Below, piece after piece: positions 1 to 9,510 of a stretch of 51,650 nt of DNA. The notes below the pieces were generated by a model. It did not search any database, was not told the DNA's origin, and saw only the letters and a program-made list of their open reading frames with translations. Numbering within the stretch: position 1 is the stretch's first letter; each line of letters opens with the position of its first letter. The DNA comes from an uncultured Peptoniphilaceae bacterium (GTDB taxonomy: Bacteria; Bacillota; Clostridia; Tissierellales; Peptoniphilaceae). The stretch lies in contig CAMIZH010000001.1 in assembly GCA_946403255.1 (NCBI GenBank), positions 1-51,650 on the forward strand, read 5' to 3'. The position numbers and the translations under genes are program-made.

Positions 1-74
1 ATAATATATCTCATATGTGCTTGAGATTCTCCACCAAAAGCTGATCTTAAGTTATCACTTGTCATTTGATTCAT
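1..74 (-). CDS. Rubrerythrin family protein, 5' part only (runs off window start)
   Basis: Not in ORF track. ATG at 74 after a GGGGG SD-like run; reads MNQMTSDNLRSAFGGESQAHMRYI, matching the rubrerythrin N-terminal NLxxAFxGESxA..Y motif. Confidence 0.85.
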   Translation of the reverse strand, partial: MNQMTSDNLRSAFGGESQAHMRYI

Positions 75-124
75 AAATATTACCCCCTTAAATTTTTTAA
101 AAAATTATTACACTCAATTAGTAT

Positions 125-153
125 ATTATATATAATTTAACTAATTAAATCAA
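125..153 (-). promoter_or_regulatory. sigma-A type promoter for rubrerythrin gene
   Basis: TTGATT (148-153), 17 bp, TATAAT (125-130) on minus strand. Confidence 0.6.
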
Positions 154-184
154 GCTATTAAAACATTCCTAAAAATTTTGACTA

Positions 185-1261
185 CTAAATATTTTCATCC
201 ATATGTTCGATTTTACTAGCTTGATCACTTGCAATTAGCGCATCAATAATTTCATCAATATCCCCATCTGTTATAGCTTCAATTTTATGAAGAGTTAATG
301 TTATTCTATGATCTGTAACTCTACCTTGAGGATAGTTATATGTTCTAATTCTTTCAGATCTATCTCCTGTACCAATTTGAGATTTCTTTTGATCTGATAA
401 TTCTTTATTTTGCTCTTGAAGTTTTAAATCATAAAGTTTAGTTTTTAAAATCTTCATCGCTTTTTCTTTATTTCTAAGTTGAGACTTTTCATCTTGACAA
501 GAAATTACAATTCCTGTTGGCATATGAGTAAGTCTTACTGCAGAGTCAGTTGTATTTACACATTGTCCACCGTTACCAGAAGCTCTAAATACATCAAACT
601 TAACATCATTCATATCAATATCTATCTCAACATCTTCAGCTTCAGGAAGAACAGCAACAGTTGCTGTTGATGTATGGATACGTCCAGAACTTTCAGTTTC
701 TGGAACTCTTTGAACTCTATGAACTCCAGATTCATATTTAAGTCTAGAATAAGCACCCTTACCAATTATCATAATAACAACTTCCTTATATCCACCAATA
801 CCAATTTCATTTGATGACATAAGTTCAGTTTTCCAACCTTGTTTTTCTGCATACATAGTATATTGTCTTAAAAGAACTCCAGCAAAAAGTGCAGCTTCAT
901 CTCCACCAGCACCAGCACGAATTTCAACAATAACATTCTTATTATCATTAGGATCTTTAGGTATAAGAAGAACTTTTAACTCTTCTTCAACAACCTTCAT
1001 TTGTTCTTCATCCTCTTTGATTTCTTCTTTAGCCATTTCTTTTAAATCTTCATCAATCTTTTCTGATAATAATTCTTTATTATCTTCAAGATTTTTTATA
1101 ATCAACTTATATTCTCTATATTTTTCAACAATTGGCTGTAATTCAGCATGTTCAATTGCTGTTTTTTGATATAGCTTAGAATTATTGATAACTTCAACAT
1201 CCATAAGTTGTTTTTCAAGTTCTTCAAATTTTTCTTCAAAAACTGCTATATTCTCGTACAT
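185..1261 (-). CDS. prfA: Peptide chain release factor 1
   Basis: [12 protein letters not shown] (PxT motif), GGQ motif, [14 protein letters not shown]; adjacent to prmC. Confidence 0.98.
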   Translation of the reverse strand: MYENIAVFEEKFEELEKQLMDVEVINNSKLYQKTAIEHAELQPIVEKYREYKLIIKNLEDNKELLSEKIDEDLKEMAKEEIKEDEEQMKVVEEELKVLLIPKDPNDNKNVIVEIRAGAGGDEAALFAGVLLRQYTMYAEKQGWKTELMSSNEIGIGGYKEVVIMIIGKGAYSRLKYESGVHRVQRVPETESSGRIHTSTATVAVLPEAEDVEIDIDMNDVKFDVFRASGNGGQCVNTTDSAVRLTHMPTGIVISCQDEKSQLRNKEKAMKILKTKLYDLKLQEQNKELSDQKKSQIGTGDRSERIRTYNYPQGRVTDHRITLTLHKIEAITDGDIDEIIDALIASDQASKIEHMDENI

Positions 1262-1262
1262 A

Positions 1263-2096
1263 TTATTCCCCTTTTTTAGCTATAACTACTCTATCTTTAT
1301 TTGATAGATCTTTTAGAACTTCTACACTATAATCTTTTAAAAGTTCTCTTAAATCATCTCCTTGATCATATCCTATTTCAAAAATAACATATCCGTTTTT
1401 ATTTAAATATTTATCAAGTCCATTAATGATTTCTCTATAAAAAAACAAACCGTCCACTCCACCATCAAGAGCAAGCATTGGTTCATAATCTTTAACCTCT
1501 GCTTGAAGTTCTTCAATATCCTTAGATTTAATATAAGGTGGATTCGAATAAATTATATCATAACTTTCTTCTATATTTTCATATAAATTACTCTTTAAAA
1601 CTTTTATATTTTCAAGATTAAATCTCTCTATATTTTTTTTAGTATTTTTAATAGCATAATCTGAAATATCAACAGCAGTAAAATTTACATCACTATATCT
1701 CATAGCCATTGTAATAGAAACAATTCCGCTACCTGCTCCTATCTCTAAAGAATTTCGCACACTATTTTTTTCAAAAATATCAATCAAAGCCTCAACACTT
1801 ATTTCTGTATCATCTCTTGGAATTAAAACATTTTCATCAATAAAAAATTTATTTCCAAAAAACTCTGTCTCTCCAAAAATATATTGTAAAGGTACACCAT
1901 TTTTCCTTTTTTCTAAAATACTAAAATATTCATCTAAAATTTTTTCATCTAAAATATCTTTATCATGAGCTATTAAATAAGAAATATCCTTATCTAAAAG
2001 TCTAGATAAAATTAATCTGACTTCAAAAAAAGGGTTAGTATATTTAGAATCTTCTAAATAGTTTAACCCTTCTTTCAACGCTTCATTTAATTCCAT
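1263..2096 (-). CDS. prmC: Release factor N5-glutamine methyltransferase
   Basis: VLIPR, EIGAGSG SAM-binding motif, SNPPY, EPxLALDGGxDGL. Confidence 0.96.
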   Translation of the reverse strand: MELNEALKEGLNYLEDSKYTNPFFEVRLILSRLLDKDISYLIAHDKDILDEKILDEYFSILEKRKNGVPLQYIFGETEFFGNKFFIDENVLIPRDDTEISVEALIDIFEKNSVRNSLEIGAGSGIVSITMAMRYSDVNFTAVDISDYAIKNTKKNIERFNLENIKVLKSNLYENIEESYDIIYSNPPYIKSKDIEELQAEVKDYEPMLALDGGVDGLFFYREIINGLDKYLNKNGYVIFEIGYDQGDDLRELLKDYSVEVLKDLSNKDRVVIAKKGE

Positions 2097-3040
2097 AGGT
2101 CACTTTCTCCTTCTTCAGGTAAAACAGCCTTTAAACTTGTGATAGCAACCTCTATCATTTTATCATCTGGTTCTCTAACAGTTGCATACTTTTGAATTTC
2201 AAGTCCTGGTATTGCTAATACTTTACAAACTTTACTATTACTTTTACCAATAACTCTATTAATTTCATAAGCAATTCCTGCAACAAGTGGAAGAGCAACA
2301 ATTCTAGACGCAACTCTTAAAGCAATACTTGGCCATCCAAAAAAAGATAAAACCAAAATACTTATTATCATAACCATAAAAAGAAAACTAGTACCACATC
2401 TAGGATGAACAATAGGATATTTCTTTACATTTTCAACAGTAAGTTCATCTCCTGCCTCATAACAATGTATAGTCTTATGTTCACTACCATGATATTCAAA
2501 AACTCGTCTTATATCTTCTAACTTTGAAATATAATAAAGATAAATTCCAAAAACAACAAGTCTTATTAAACCTTCAACTAAATTTAAAAGTATAGTATTT
2601 TGAGTATATTTATGAACAAAACCAGCAGTTACACTAGGTATTATCATAAATAAAACTGCCGCAACTACAAATGAAATTATAATTGCAATACTTGTTTCAA
2701 TACTTTCTCTTTTCTTTTTATCTTTAACTACTCTATCTAAAACTCCTTCTTTATCACTATCCTCAAATTCATCTTCCCAAAAAGAAGCGGAATAAGTCAA
2801 AGCATTTATACCAGTATACATAGCCTGTATAAGCATAAAAGCCCCTCTAATAATAGGTAATTTTAGAAATTTATATTTATCAGCTAAGCTGTTTATATCA
2901 TCAACTTTTAATTCAATTTCATCATTCGGCTTTCTAACGGCAATAGCTAACTTTGAAGGCCCCTTCATTAAGACGCCTTCAATTAAAGCTTGACCACCAA
3001 TAGAAGTTTTAAAAGCCTTCTTATTATAAACCTTGTCCAT
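2087..3040 (-). CDS. DUF1385 (YqhQ-like) membrane protein, putative metal-dependent enzyme
   Basis: IGGQALIEGV, FEYHGSEHK, HPRCGTSF motifs; typical position between rpmE and prmC. Confidence 0.9.
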   Translation of the reverse strand: MDKVYNKKAFKTSIGGQALIEGVLMKGPSKLAIAVRKPNDEIELKVDDINSLADKYKFLKLPIIRGAFMLIQAMYTGINALTYSASFWEDEFEDSDKEGVLDRVVKDKKKRESIETSIAIIISFVVAAVLFMIIPSVTAGFVHKYTQNTILLNLVEGLIRLVVFGIYLYYISKLEDIRRVFEYHGSEHKTIHCYEAGDELTVENVKKYPIVHPRCGTSFLFMVMIISILVLSFFGWPSIALRVASRIVALPLVAGIAYEINRVIGKSNSKVCKVLAIPGLEIQKYATVREPDDKMIEVAITSLKAVLPEEGESDLWN

Positions 3041-3057
3041 AATAATACTCCTTAAAT

Positions 3058-3083
3058 AAAAATGGTTAGCCCACGCTAACCAT
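3058..3083 (-). terminator. Intrinsic terminator after rpmE
   Basis: 9-bp stem ATGGTTAGC/GCTAACCAT, 4-nt loop, U-run on minus strand. Confidence 0.7.
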
Positions 3084-3084
3084 A

Positions 3085-3288
3085 TTACTTGCTTCTTTGA
3101 TATTTCTTGTTGAACTTTTCAATACGTCCGCCGTGATCAGTGAACTTTTGTTTTCCAGTGAAGAATGGATGACATTCTGAGCAAACTTCAACTTTAAGTT
3201 CTTCTACAACAGAACCTGTTTTAAATGTATTTCCACAAGCACATGTAACTGTAGCTTCTTTGTATTCTGGTTGAATTTCTTTGTTCAT
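3085..3288 (-). CDS. rpmE: 50S ribosomal protein L31 (Zn-binding type)
   Basis: CACGN...[13 protein letters not shown]...GRIEKF. Confidence 0.98.
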   Translation of the reverse strand: MNKEIQPEYKEATVTCACGNTFKTGSVVEELKVEVCSECHPFFTGKQKFTDHGGRIEKFNKKYQRSK

Positions 3289-3348
3289 CTCGTAACAACT
3301 CCTTTATATCTAATTATCATTTAACCGTTTAATTTTAACACATCTGTA

Positions 3349-3377
3349 ATTTTAACATAACAACAGTCAAATTTCAA
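3349..3377 (-). promoter_or_regulatory. sigma-A promoter of rpmE
   Basis: TTGAAA, 17 bp, TAAAAT with extended -10 TG. Confidence 0.65.
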
Positions 3378-3453
3378 TCATTTTTCCCTTAATTACCATT
3401 ATAAAACAATATAAAAGTTAGTACAATAGAAATTTTATAAGCAAGCTAAATAT

Positions 3454-3945
3454 TTACTTTTCTTCCTTGTTTATATCATCATTTTCTTTAGTTTCTTCTT
3501 TTTCTTCATTAAAATGATGTCCAAATTTTTTAATATTAATATATTCTTTAATATCAATAACCTCTCCAGAATCCATTAACACTTTAAAATCATAATCATT
3601 AATAATTACTAAACCAGCGCCAACAAAAGCAGCCAGAGGTGCTAAAATAAGACCTACAGCAGAAACAGTTAAAGATAAACTAAGAACAGTCTCTCCATCT
3701 TTTTCAACAGTTAGCTTACTTGCATTACCCTTATCCCAAATTTCTTTAATAGCATTTTTAATCTCTTCAAAATTAATAAAATCTTTTTTTGTTTTTTCTT
3801 CTCTTTCAGGAATTACAACACTATGTCTAATAATATTAATAGCTCCATCAACATCTCCATCAGAATCTAAAAGAGCCACTCTAACAACCTCATAAGACGC
3901 TCCAGTTATATTCATTACATAATCTATCTTTTCCATAGTAATCAT
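3454..3945 (-). CDS. DUF4342 domain protein with N-terminal UBA-like helical domain
   Basis: ITMEKIDYV..TGASYE..R.AL...DGDV..AI N-terminus; IKEIWDKGNASKL.V.KDGE segment typical of DUF4342. Confidence 0.7.
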   Translation of the reverse strand: MITMEKIDYVMNITGASYEVVRVALLDSDGDVDGAINIIRHSVVIPEREEKTKKDFINFEEIKNAIKEIWDKGNASKLTVEKDGETVLSLSLTVSAVGLILAPLAAFVGAGLVIINDYDFKVLMDSGEVIDIKEYINIKKFGHHFNEEKEETKENDDINKEEK

Positions 3946-4091
3946 ATTATCAACTCCCTTTCTTATGATAAGTATACCCTTTAATTATTAAAAAACTTTA
4001 ACAAGAAATCTAAGTTTCGGCTAAATATTACTTATATTATAATAGTATTAATCATATTTTTATTGCATACTATATATAAGGAGTGATTAAT

Positions 4092-5402
4092 TTGAGTATT
4101 TTTGATATTTTTAAATACAATAGCTTTAAAAAAGAAATCGAAACATTAAATATAGAACTTGATAATCTAAAAAATAAACGCTATTCATTAGATAAAATGA
4201 ACGCCATCGAAGTAGAAAATCACGTTGCTAAATTAGAAAATAAAATTAACGAATCTAATTCTATATTAGAAAAAAACAAAATTAAACTTGAAGAAATTCA
4301 TAATTCTATATTAAGTCATACAGAAATTTTATCTAATCTTAAATCAAATATATTAAGTGTTCACGATGATTTAAATATGGAATCTCATGGTCTATATGTT
4401 CCCAGATATGATTTTGCTACATCATTAGTTTTTAAAGATGAACTTACCAATATTCGAAACAAACAAAAAACTATGATAAAAAATAAAAACGCAACAAATC
4501 ATTTTTCTGGTTGGACTGTTAATGGAAGTGCTTCTGAAGGTCAAAAAATGACTAATAATGCTATAAAACAAATTTTACGTTCTTTTAATAATGAATGTGA
4601 AGCATCTATTAATAAAGTTAAATATAACAATATAGAGAGAATTGAAAACAGAATAAAAAAATCTTATGAACAATTAAATAAAATTAATGAAGTTAATAAA
4701 GTTTCAATATCTAACCCTTATTTAAAATTAAAACTTGAAGAATTATATTTAGCCTTTGAATATGAAAATAAAAAACAAGAAGAAAAAGAATTACTTAGAG
4801 AAGAACGTGAAAGAGAAAAAGAAGAAAAAGCTCTGCAAAAAGAAATTGAAAAGAAACAATCTTCTATTAATAAAGATTTAGAACACTACAATAATATGTT
4901 GCAAGAATTAGAACAAAAACGTGATGTTGATATTACTGAATCTGAACTTAATTCATTAAATGAAGAAATTCAAACCATATTAAATAAAATAAAAGAAAAA
5001 GAAGATGAAAAAAATGATTTAGATTATAGAAATAAACATGCTTCCGCTGGTTATGTCTATATTATAAGTAACATTGGAGCCTTTGGGGAAGATGTTCTGA
5101 AAATCGGAGTTACTAGACGATTGGAACCTCTTGATAGAATCTCCGAACTTAGTAGTGCATCCGTTCCATTTAAGTTTGATATTCATGCACTTATTTTTAG
5201 TTATGATGCTTATTCTCTAGAAAATGAATTACACCAATACTTTGATAAATATAGAATTAATAAAGTAAATTATAGAAAAGAATTTTTTAAAGTTCCTATT
5301 AAGGAAGTTGAAACAAAATTAAAAGAATACGGACATTTAACTATAGATTTTATATCTACTCCTGATGCTGATGAATTTCGTCAATCACAAAATAAAAGCT
5401 GA
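4092..5402 (+). CDS. DUF4041 + T5orf172/MUG113 GIY-YIG-like nuclease (PD-Lambda-1/SNIPE-like), putative anti-phage protein
   Basis: GLYVPRYDF, LRSFNNECE, YLKLKLEEL.L..EY (DUF4041); AGYVYIISNIGAFGE.V.KIGVTRR.EPLDRI.EL..ASVPF.FD.HA, N.RKEFF (nuclease). Start moved from GTG 4083 to TTG 4092 because AAGGAG is at 4078-4083. Confidence 0.88.
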   Translation: MSIFDIFKYNSFKKEIETLNIELDNLKNKRYSLDKMNAIEVENHVAKLENKINESNSILEKNKIKLEEIHNSILSHTEILSNLKSNILSVHDDLNMESHGLYVPRYDFATSLVFKDELTNIRNKQKTMIKNKNATNHFSGWTVNGSASEGQKMTNNAIKQILRSFNNECEASINKVKYNNIERIENRIKKSYEQLNKINEVNKVSISNPYLKLKLEELYLAFEYENKKQEEKELLREEREREKEEKALQKEIEKKQSSINKDLEHYNNMLQELEQKRDVDITESELNSLNEEIQTILNKIKEKEDEKNDLDYRNKHASAGYVYIISNIGAFGEDVLKIGVTRRLEPLDRISELSSASVPFKFDIHALIFSYDAYSLENELHQYFDKYRINKVNYRKEFFKVPIKEVETKLKEYGHLTIDFISTPDADEFRQSQNKS

Positions 5403-5427
5403 ATTTATTAAATTCAGCTTTTATTTT
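5389..5427. terminator. Perfect 19-bp-arm palindrome, probable bidirectional terminator
   Basis: AAAATAAAAGCTGAATTTA-T-TAAATTCAGCTTTTATTTT, spanning both convergent stop codons. Confidence 0.75.
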
Positions 5428-6188
5428 CTCAAAACTTTTGCATCTTCTTTATAAGCAATTCTATGATATTTTACTGCTGGATATCCTATAACTAAAGTTG
5501 TTACTACTTTGTTTTTTCCAGTTAATTCTAATGCTCTTTTTATTTTTTTATTCTTATTGGCTGCTACTGAAAATAATCCACTATATAAAACTCCCAAATC
5601 ATATGATTCAGCCATAAATGCCATATTTTGAGCTGCAATTGCTCCATTTATTTTATTTGGAGATATTATAACTATTACAATTGGTGCTCCTTTAAAGAAA
5701 AATTTATCATCTATTTCCATTCTTTTTAGACTTTTTGAAAATGGTTTAAAAAATTTTATAATTTTTCTAAACATATTTACTGCATAAGATTCTAATTCAT
5801 CTTTTTTATTATCAAGAATTACATATGAAACATCTTGATTGTTTCTAGCAGTAGGTGCATATATTCCTGCTTCAATTATATTTTCTATAATTTCATTTGA
5901 AATTTTTTCATCTTTAAAGTTTCTAATTGTTCTTCTAGTTTTAATTGCTTTCATTAAATCACTTGAATTTAATAAAAATTTATCTATATCTTCCACATCT
6001 TCACTATATCCCGTTATTTCAATTGCATCCTTAGGACATATTGCTTTACAATGACTACAAAAAAGACAAGAATCTGATATAATTTGCGCCTTTTTATCTT
6101 TAATTTCAATATTTGATACTGGACAGTCCTTTACACAAATTGAACAGCTTATACATAACTCTTTATTTATCATAATACTATGTTTCAT
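5421..6188 (-). CDS. Nitroreductase family protein with N-terminal 2x[4Fe-4S] domain
   Basis: CxxCxxCxxxCP twice; TRRTIRNF, APTARN.Q nitroreductase motifs. Confidence 0.92.
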   Translation of the reverse strand: MKHSIMINKELCISCSICVKDCPVSNIEIKDKKAQIISDSCLFCSHCKAICPKDAIEITGYSEDVEDIDKFLLNSSDLMKAIKTRRTIRNFKDEKISNEIIENIIEAGIYAPTARNNQDVSYVILDNKKDELESYAVNMFRKIIKFFKPFSKSLKRMEIDDKFFFKGAPIVIVIISPNKINGAIAAQNMAFMAESYDLGVLYSGLFSVAANKNKKIKRALELTGKNKVVTTLVIGYPAVKYHRIAYKEDAKVLRK

Positions 6189-6254
6189 AAATCATCAACT
6201 CCAAATTTAAGTAAAGTTTAAATACATTTATTACTATACCCTAAATAAATCTAT

Positions 6255-6280
6255 AAAAAAAGAAGAGCATCTACTCTTCT
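6255..6280 (-). terminator. Intrinsic terminator after DUF1361 gene
   Basis: AGAAGAG/CTCTTCT stem followed by U-run on minus strand. Confidence 0.6.
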
Positions 6281-6283
6281 AAA

Positions 6284-6988
6284 TTATCTAAATAATATAC
6301 TATCTGCATTAAATAAGAAATAAATTATAATAAAAAATAATGAATGGAATAAAACAAATAGTATGAAATTCTTTATCATTCCTTTTTCTTTAAAGTGAGA
6401 TAATATCATTTTAATAAAACTAATAGGTTTTAACACATCCCAAGAATTAAATCTAATATATCTACCTAGGTATACTCCCACCGATATAAGTATATTTATA
6501 ATAATTGCACTAACATAGAAAAACAATTTATCCTGTGCTCTAATTACATCAGGATCTAGGGCTATAATATAAGTATATTGAATTATATTAATATTTATAA
6601 CTGTATTTAAAATCCCTGAAAGTGCAAAGGCCATAACAGAAACTATGTCGTACCAAAGTGGAACTTCAACTTCATCTTGACTTCTATGAGTTAAGTTTAA
6701 CTCCGTGATTAAATAACTTGAATTTGGTAAAACCAATAGCCACAACATAAAGCCTACTATTAAAACTATTACCGAGATAATATCTAAAAATATATTACCT
6801 CTCATTCCAAAGATTGCTCTAAAAGCTAAAAATGTTGATAAATCCACTAACAAAATTATAGCTGGTAAAATAGATAGTTTAAAATTCCATATCATTGGTT
6901 TGAAAAGTTTTACATTAAAAAGTTTTGGTCTAAGTTTTATTGTTAAAAATGCAAATAAATTTAAAATAATAACCATAATTAACTTCAA
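6284..6988 (-). CDS. DUF1361 family membrane protein
   Basis: MIWN..LS.LP, WLL.LPNS.Y.ITE, G.YLGRYIRFNSWD motifs; likely TTG start at 6988 (GGAGG at 6997-7001). Confidence 0.82.
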   Translation of the reverse strand: MKLIMVIILNLFAFLTIKLRPKLFNVKLFKPMIWNFKLSILPAIILLVDLSTFLAFRAIFGMRGNIFLDIISVIVLIVGFMLWLLVLPNSSYLITELNLTHRSQDEVEVPLWYDIVSVMAFALSGILNTVININIIQYTYIIALDPDVIRAQDKLFFYVSAIIINILISVGVYLGRYIRFNSWDVLKPISFIKMILSHFKEKGMIKNFILFVLFHSLFFIIIYFLFNADSILFR

Positions 6989-7031
6989 TATTAACACCTC
7001 CTATATCTAATTTTATCATATTTAAAATATC

Positions 7032-7074
7032 TTAATATATATACTTAAAAATAAACTTTAAGTATATATATTAA
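7032..7074. repeat. Perfect 18-bp AT-rich inverted repeat
   Basis: TTAATATATATACTTAAA, 7 nt, TTTAAGTATATATATTAA; overlaps yfcE stop codon. Confidence 0.8.
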
Positions 7075-7619
7075 TTTTCTAACACTATTTCTTTAAATAA
7101 TTTACCTTCTAAAGTTTTTATTATAAATTTATTATTTTCTAAAATTCCATAGGTATTTGGATTGTTTTCTTTTGGTAATGTTATACTTCCAGGGTTTAAA
7201 AAATATATTCCATTTTTAAATTCTGCTCTTGGTATATGTGTATGTCCATATATAAATGCTGATTTTTCTTTTAATTCTATTAGTTTTTTTTCATTATATA
7301 TATGTCCATGTGTTAAAAATAATCTTTTATTTTCTAATAATATATTTGAATATGTTGCCATAATTGGAAATTCCAATACCATTTCATCTACTTCACTATC
7401 ACAATTTCCTCTCACTGCAATTATTTTATCTTTATATTTATTTAATTCTTTTATTACTTCTTTTGGATTATATTCCTTTGGCAAATCATTTCTTGCTCCA
7501 TGATATAAAATATCTCCAAGTATAATTAGATAATCTCCCTTTTCTAAGTTAAATCTATCTATTGCTTTTCTTAAATAATATATTGAACCATGTATATCTG
7601 ATATAAAAAATAATTTCAT
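7071..7619 (-). CDS. yfcE: YfcE-family metallophosphoesterase / phosphodiesterase
   Basis: SDIHGS, GDILYHG, VRGNCD, THGH, GHTH, NPGS motifs; ATG 7619 after AAGGAG. Confidence 0.9.
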   Translation of the reverse strand: MKLFFISDIHGSIYYLRKAIDRFNLEKGDYLIILGDILYHGARNDLPKEYNPKEVIKELNKYKDKIIAVRGNCDSEVDEMVLEFPIMATYSNILLENKRLFLTHGHIYNEKKLIELKEKSAFIYGHTHIPRAEFKNGIYFLNPGSITLPKENNPNTYGILENNKFIIKTLEGKLFKEIVLEN

Positions 7620-7664
7620 ACTAATCACTCCTTTTATATTATTATACCAATTTTTCTAGTAAAT

Positions 7665-7690
7665 AAAAAAAGACCTATTTCTAGGTCCTT
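7665..7690 (-). terminator. Terminator after M20 peptidase operon
   Basis: GACCTA/TAGGTC stem followed by U7 on minus strand. Confidence 0.65.
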
Positions 7691-7692
7691 TC

Positions 7693-8823
7693 TTAATTTA
7701 AATCTAAATATTCTATAATTGCTTTTGTTGTTTTTATCATTTCTTCTACTTCTAAATATTCTTCTGTTGTATGCACTTTTTGCATTCCAACTCCAATTAT
7801 TATTGAGTTAAATCCTTCTCCTGCAAAAAAGTTTGCATCAGATCCGCCACCTATAACTTGTAGTTTTGCATCAACTCCAACTTTTTTATAGATTTCCACA
7901 AATTCTTTTGCAAATTTAAAATCATCCATTGTATCTAGTCTTGGATATTGTTTTTCACATTCTATTTCAAATGTTGCCTTATATTCTTTTGATACTTCTT
8001 CTGCAATTTTTTTATATTCATTTAACATATTTTCCACATTTTCATCTGAATGTGCTCTTACTTCTCCATAAGCTGTTGCTTTATCTGGTACTACATTTGT
8101 TGGGAAATCTGAAAATATTTGAGATATATTTGAAGTTGTAAGTTCATTTATTCTTCCTATATTCATTTTTGCAATTATTTCAGATAGTACTTTAATTGCA
8201 TTTATTCCTTCTTCTGGTGCTAGTCCCGCATGTGCTTTTTTACCAGTTATATTAATTCTAAAATTTGTACAAGTCGGTGCTTTATAAGCAACATATTCCG
8301 CTTTTCCTGCATTATCTACGACTATTGTATTTTTTGCTGGAGTCATATTTTTATAAACTTCTTGCCAATTTATATTTCTTGCGCCTAACATTCCTTTTTC
8401 TTCTCCTGGTGTAAATACTGCAAATATATCTTGATGATTTTTTTTATTTTCTACTATATATTTTATTGAATATAATATAGCTGCAATTCCTGCTTTATCA
8501 TCTCCACCAAGTGTTGTTGTTCCATCAGTTTTTATAATATTTCCTTCTTCAACAATTTTTAAATTTTCATTTGGTTCTACTACATCCATATGTGCTGAAA
8601 AAGTTACTCCTTCACCTTCTACATTTCCTTTTATCTTTGCAAATACTGTTGGTGAATTTCCTCCATATATTTCATAAGAATTATCTAGATATATTTCCGC
8701 TCCAAGTTTTTCTAAAAAATTCAATATATAATTAGCTACATTTTTTTCATTTCTTGTTGGTGAATATATACTTAATATATCTTTAAATATAGTCTTAAGT
8801 TCTTCTCTATTAAAATTTTCCAT
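7693..8823 (-). CDS. M20/M25/M40 family metallohydrolase (peptidase T-like)
   Basis: AHMD, GGDDKAG, GEE, GGGSDAN, VHTTEE metal-ligand motifs. Confidence 0.9.
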   Translation of the reverse strand: MENFNREELKTIFKDILSIYSPTRNEKNVANYILNFLEKLGAEIYLDNSYEIYGGNSPTVFAKIKGNVEGEGVTFSAHMDVVEPNENLKIVEEGNIIKTDGTTTLGGDDKAGIAAILYSIKYIVENKKNHQDIFAVFTPGEEKGMLGARNINWQEVYKNMTPAKNTIVVDNAGKAEYVAYKAPTCTNFRINITGKKAHAGLAPEEGINAIKVLSEIIAKMNIGRINELTTSNISQIFSDFPTNVVPDKATAYGEVRAHSDENVENMLNEYKKIAEEVSKEYKATFEIECEKQYPRLDTMDDFKFAKEFVEIYKKVGVDAKLQVIGGGSDANFFAGEGFNSIIIGVGMQKVHTTEEYLEVEEMIKTTKAIIEYLDLN

Positions 8824-8831
8824 AATTCTCC

Positions 8832-9500
8832 TTAATTGTTTTTGTTAATTGTTTCTAGTTGTGTTTTTGCTACTGCTATTGTTGAGAATACTGAAACAAG
8901 AGTTATTAAAAATGACATATTTCCTGGTAAAAATCCTACTACTTTTGTCATTATAAAGGCAATTGTAATTGCAAATAATGCTGTTTTATAAGATTTTACT
9001 GCAAATTGTCCAAATATTCCTCCATAAAGTGCAGGAATTATAAGTGTAAGCATTCTTAATATTTCAGCTGGTAGGTTTGCTATTAATGTTTGACCTAAAA
9101 ATGTTGCTGCTAGTACAAAAAATATTCCTACATAAACAGAAACTGCTATACCTATAGTTTCCATAAGTGAACCTTCATCTGTTCCTGATTTATATCCTGA
9201 TGCTTCTATTGATGTTACTGCTGCTGGTATTCTCATATTTACAGCATTTCCTGATAGTGTTTCTATATAAAGTCCTGTTGTTCCTATAATTGGATAGTAA
9301 CTTATTGGCTCACTAAAATAAAATGCACCAGATACTGATATTTGTGAGATAGCTCCTGATATGATTGCTGTTATTCCTGGATTAAAACCAAATATAAATG
9401 TCATTATAAATGGTGGTAAAAGTACGGCTATCATTCCAAGTATCATTGTTAATCTACCAATTTTTACTACATCGTCTACATATTTTTTATAAATATTCAT
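8832..9500 (-). CDS. Uncharacterised multi-pass membrane protein (DUF5058 partner)
   Basis: About 6 hydrophobic segments; EPISYYP.IG..G.Y...LSGN..NMRIPAA motif. Confidence 0.75.
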   Translation of the reverse strand: MNIYKKYVDDVVKIGRLTMILGMIAVLLPPFIMTFIFGFNPGITAIISGAISQISVSGAFYFSEPISYYPIIGTTGLYIETLSGNAVNMRIPAAVTSIEASGYKSGTDEGSLMETIGIAVSVYVGIFFVLAATFLGQTLIANLPAEILRMLTLIIPALYGGIFGQFAVKSYKTALFAITIAFIMTKVVGFLPGNMSFLITLVSVFSTIAVAKTQLETINKNN

Positions 9501-9510
9501 ATTCTGCCTC

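Noticed and set aside
91..146. AT palindromes upstream of rubrerythrin as a PerR box
   Set aside because: Nearly A/T-only sequence with a poor match to TTATAATNATTATAA
6232..6260. GGGTAT upstream of the nitroreductase as a second SigB promoter
   Set aside because: No GTTT-like -35 at a suitable spacing
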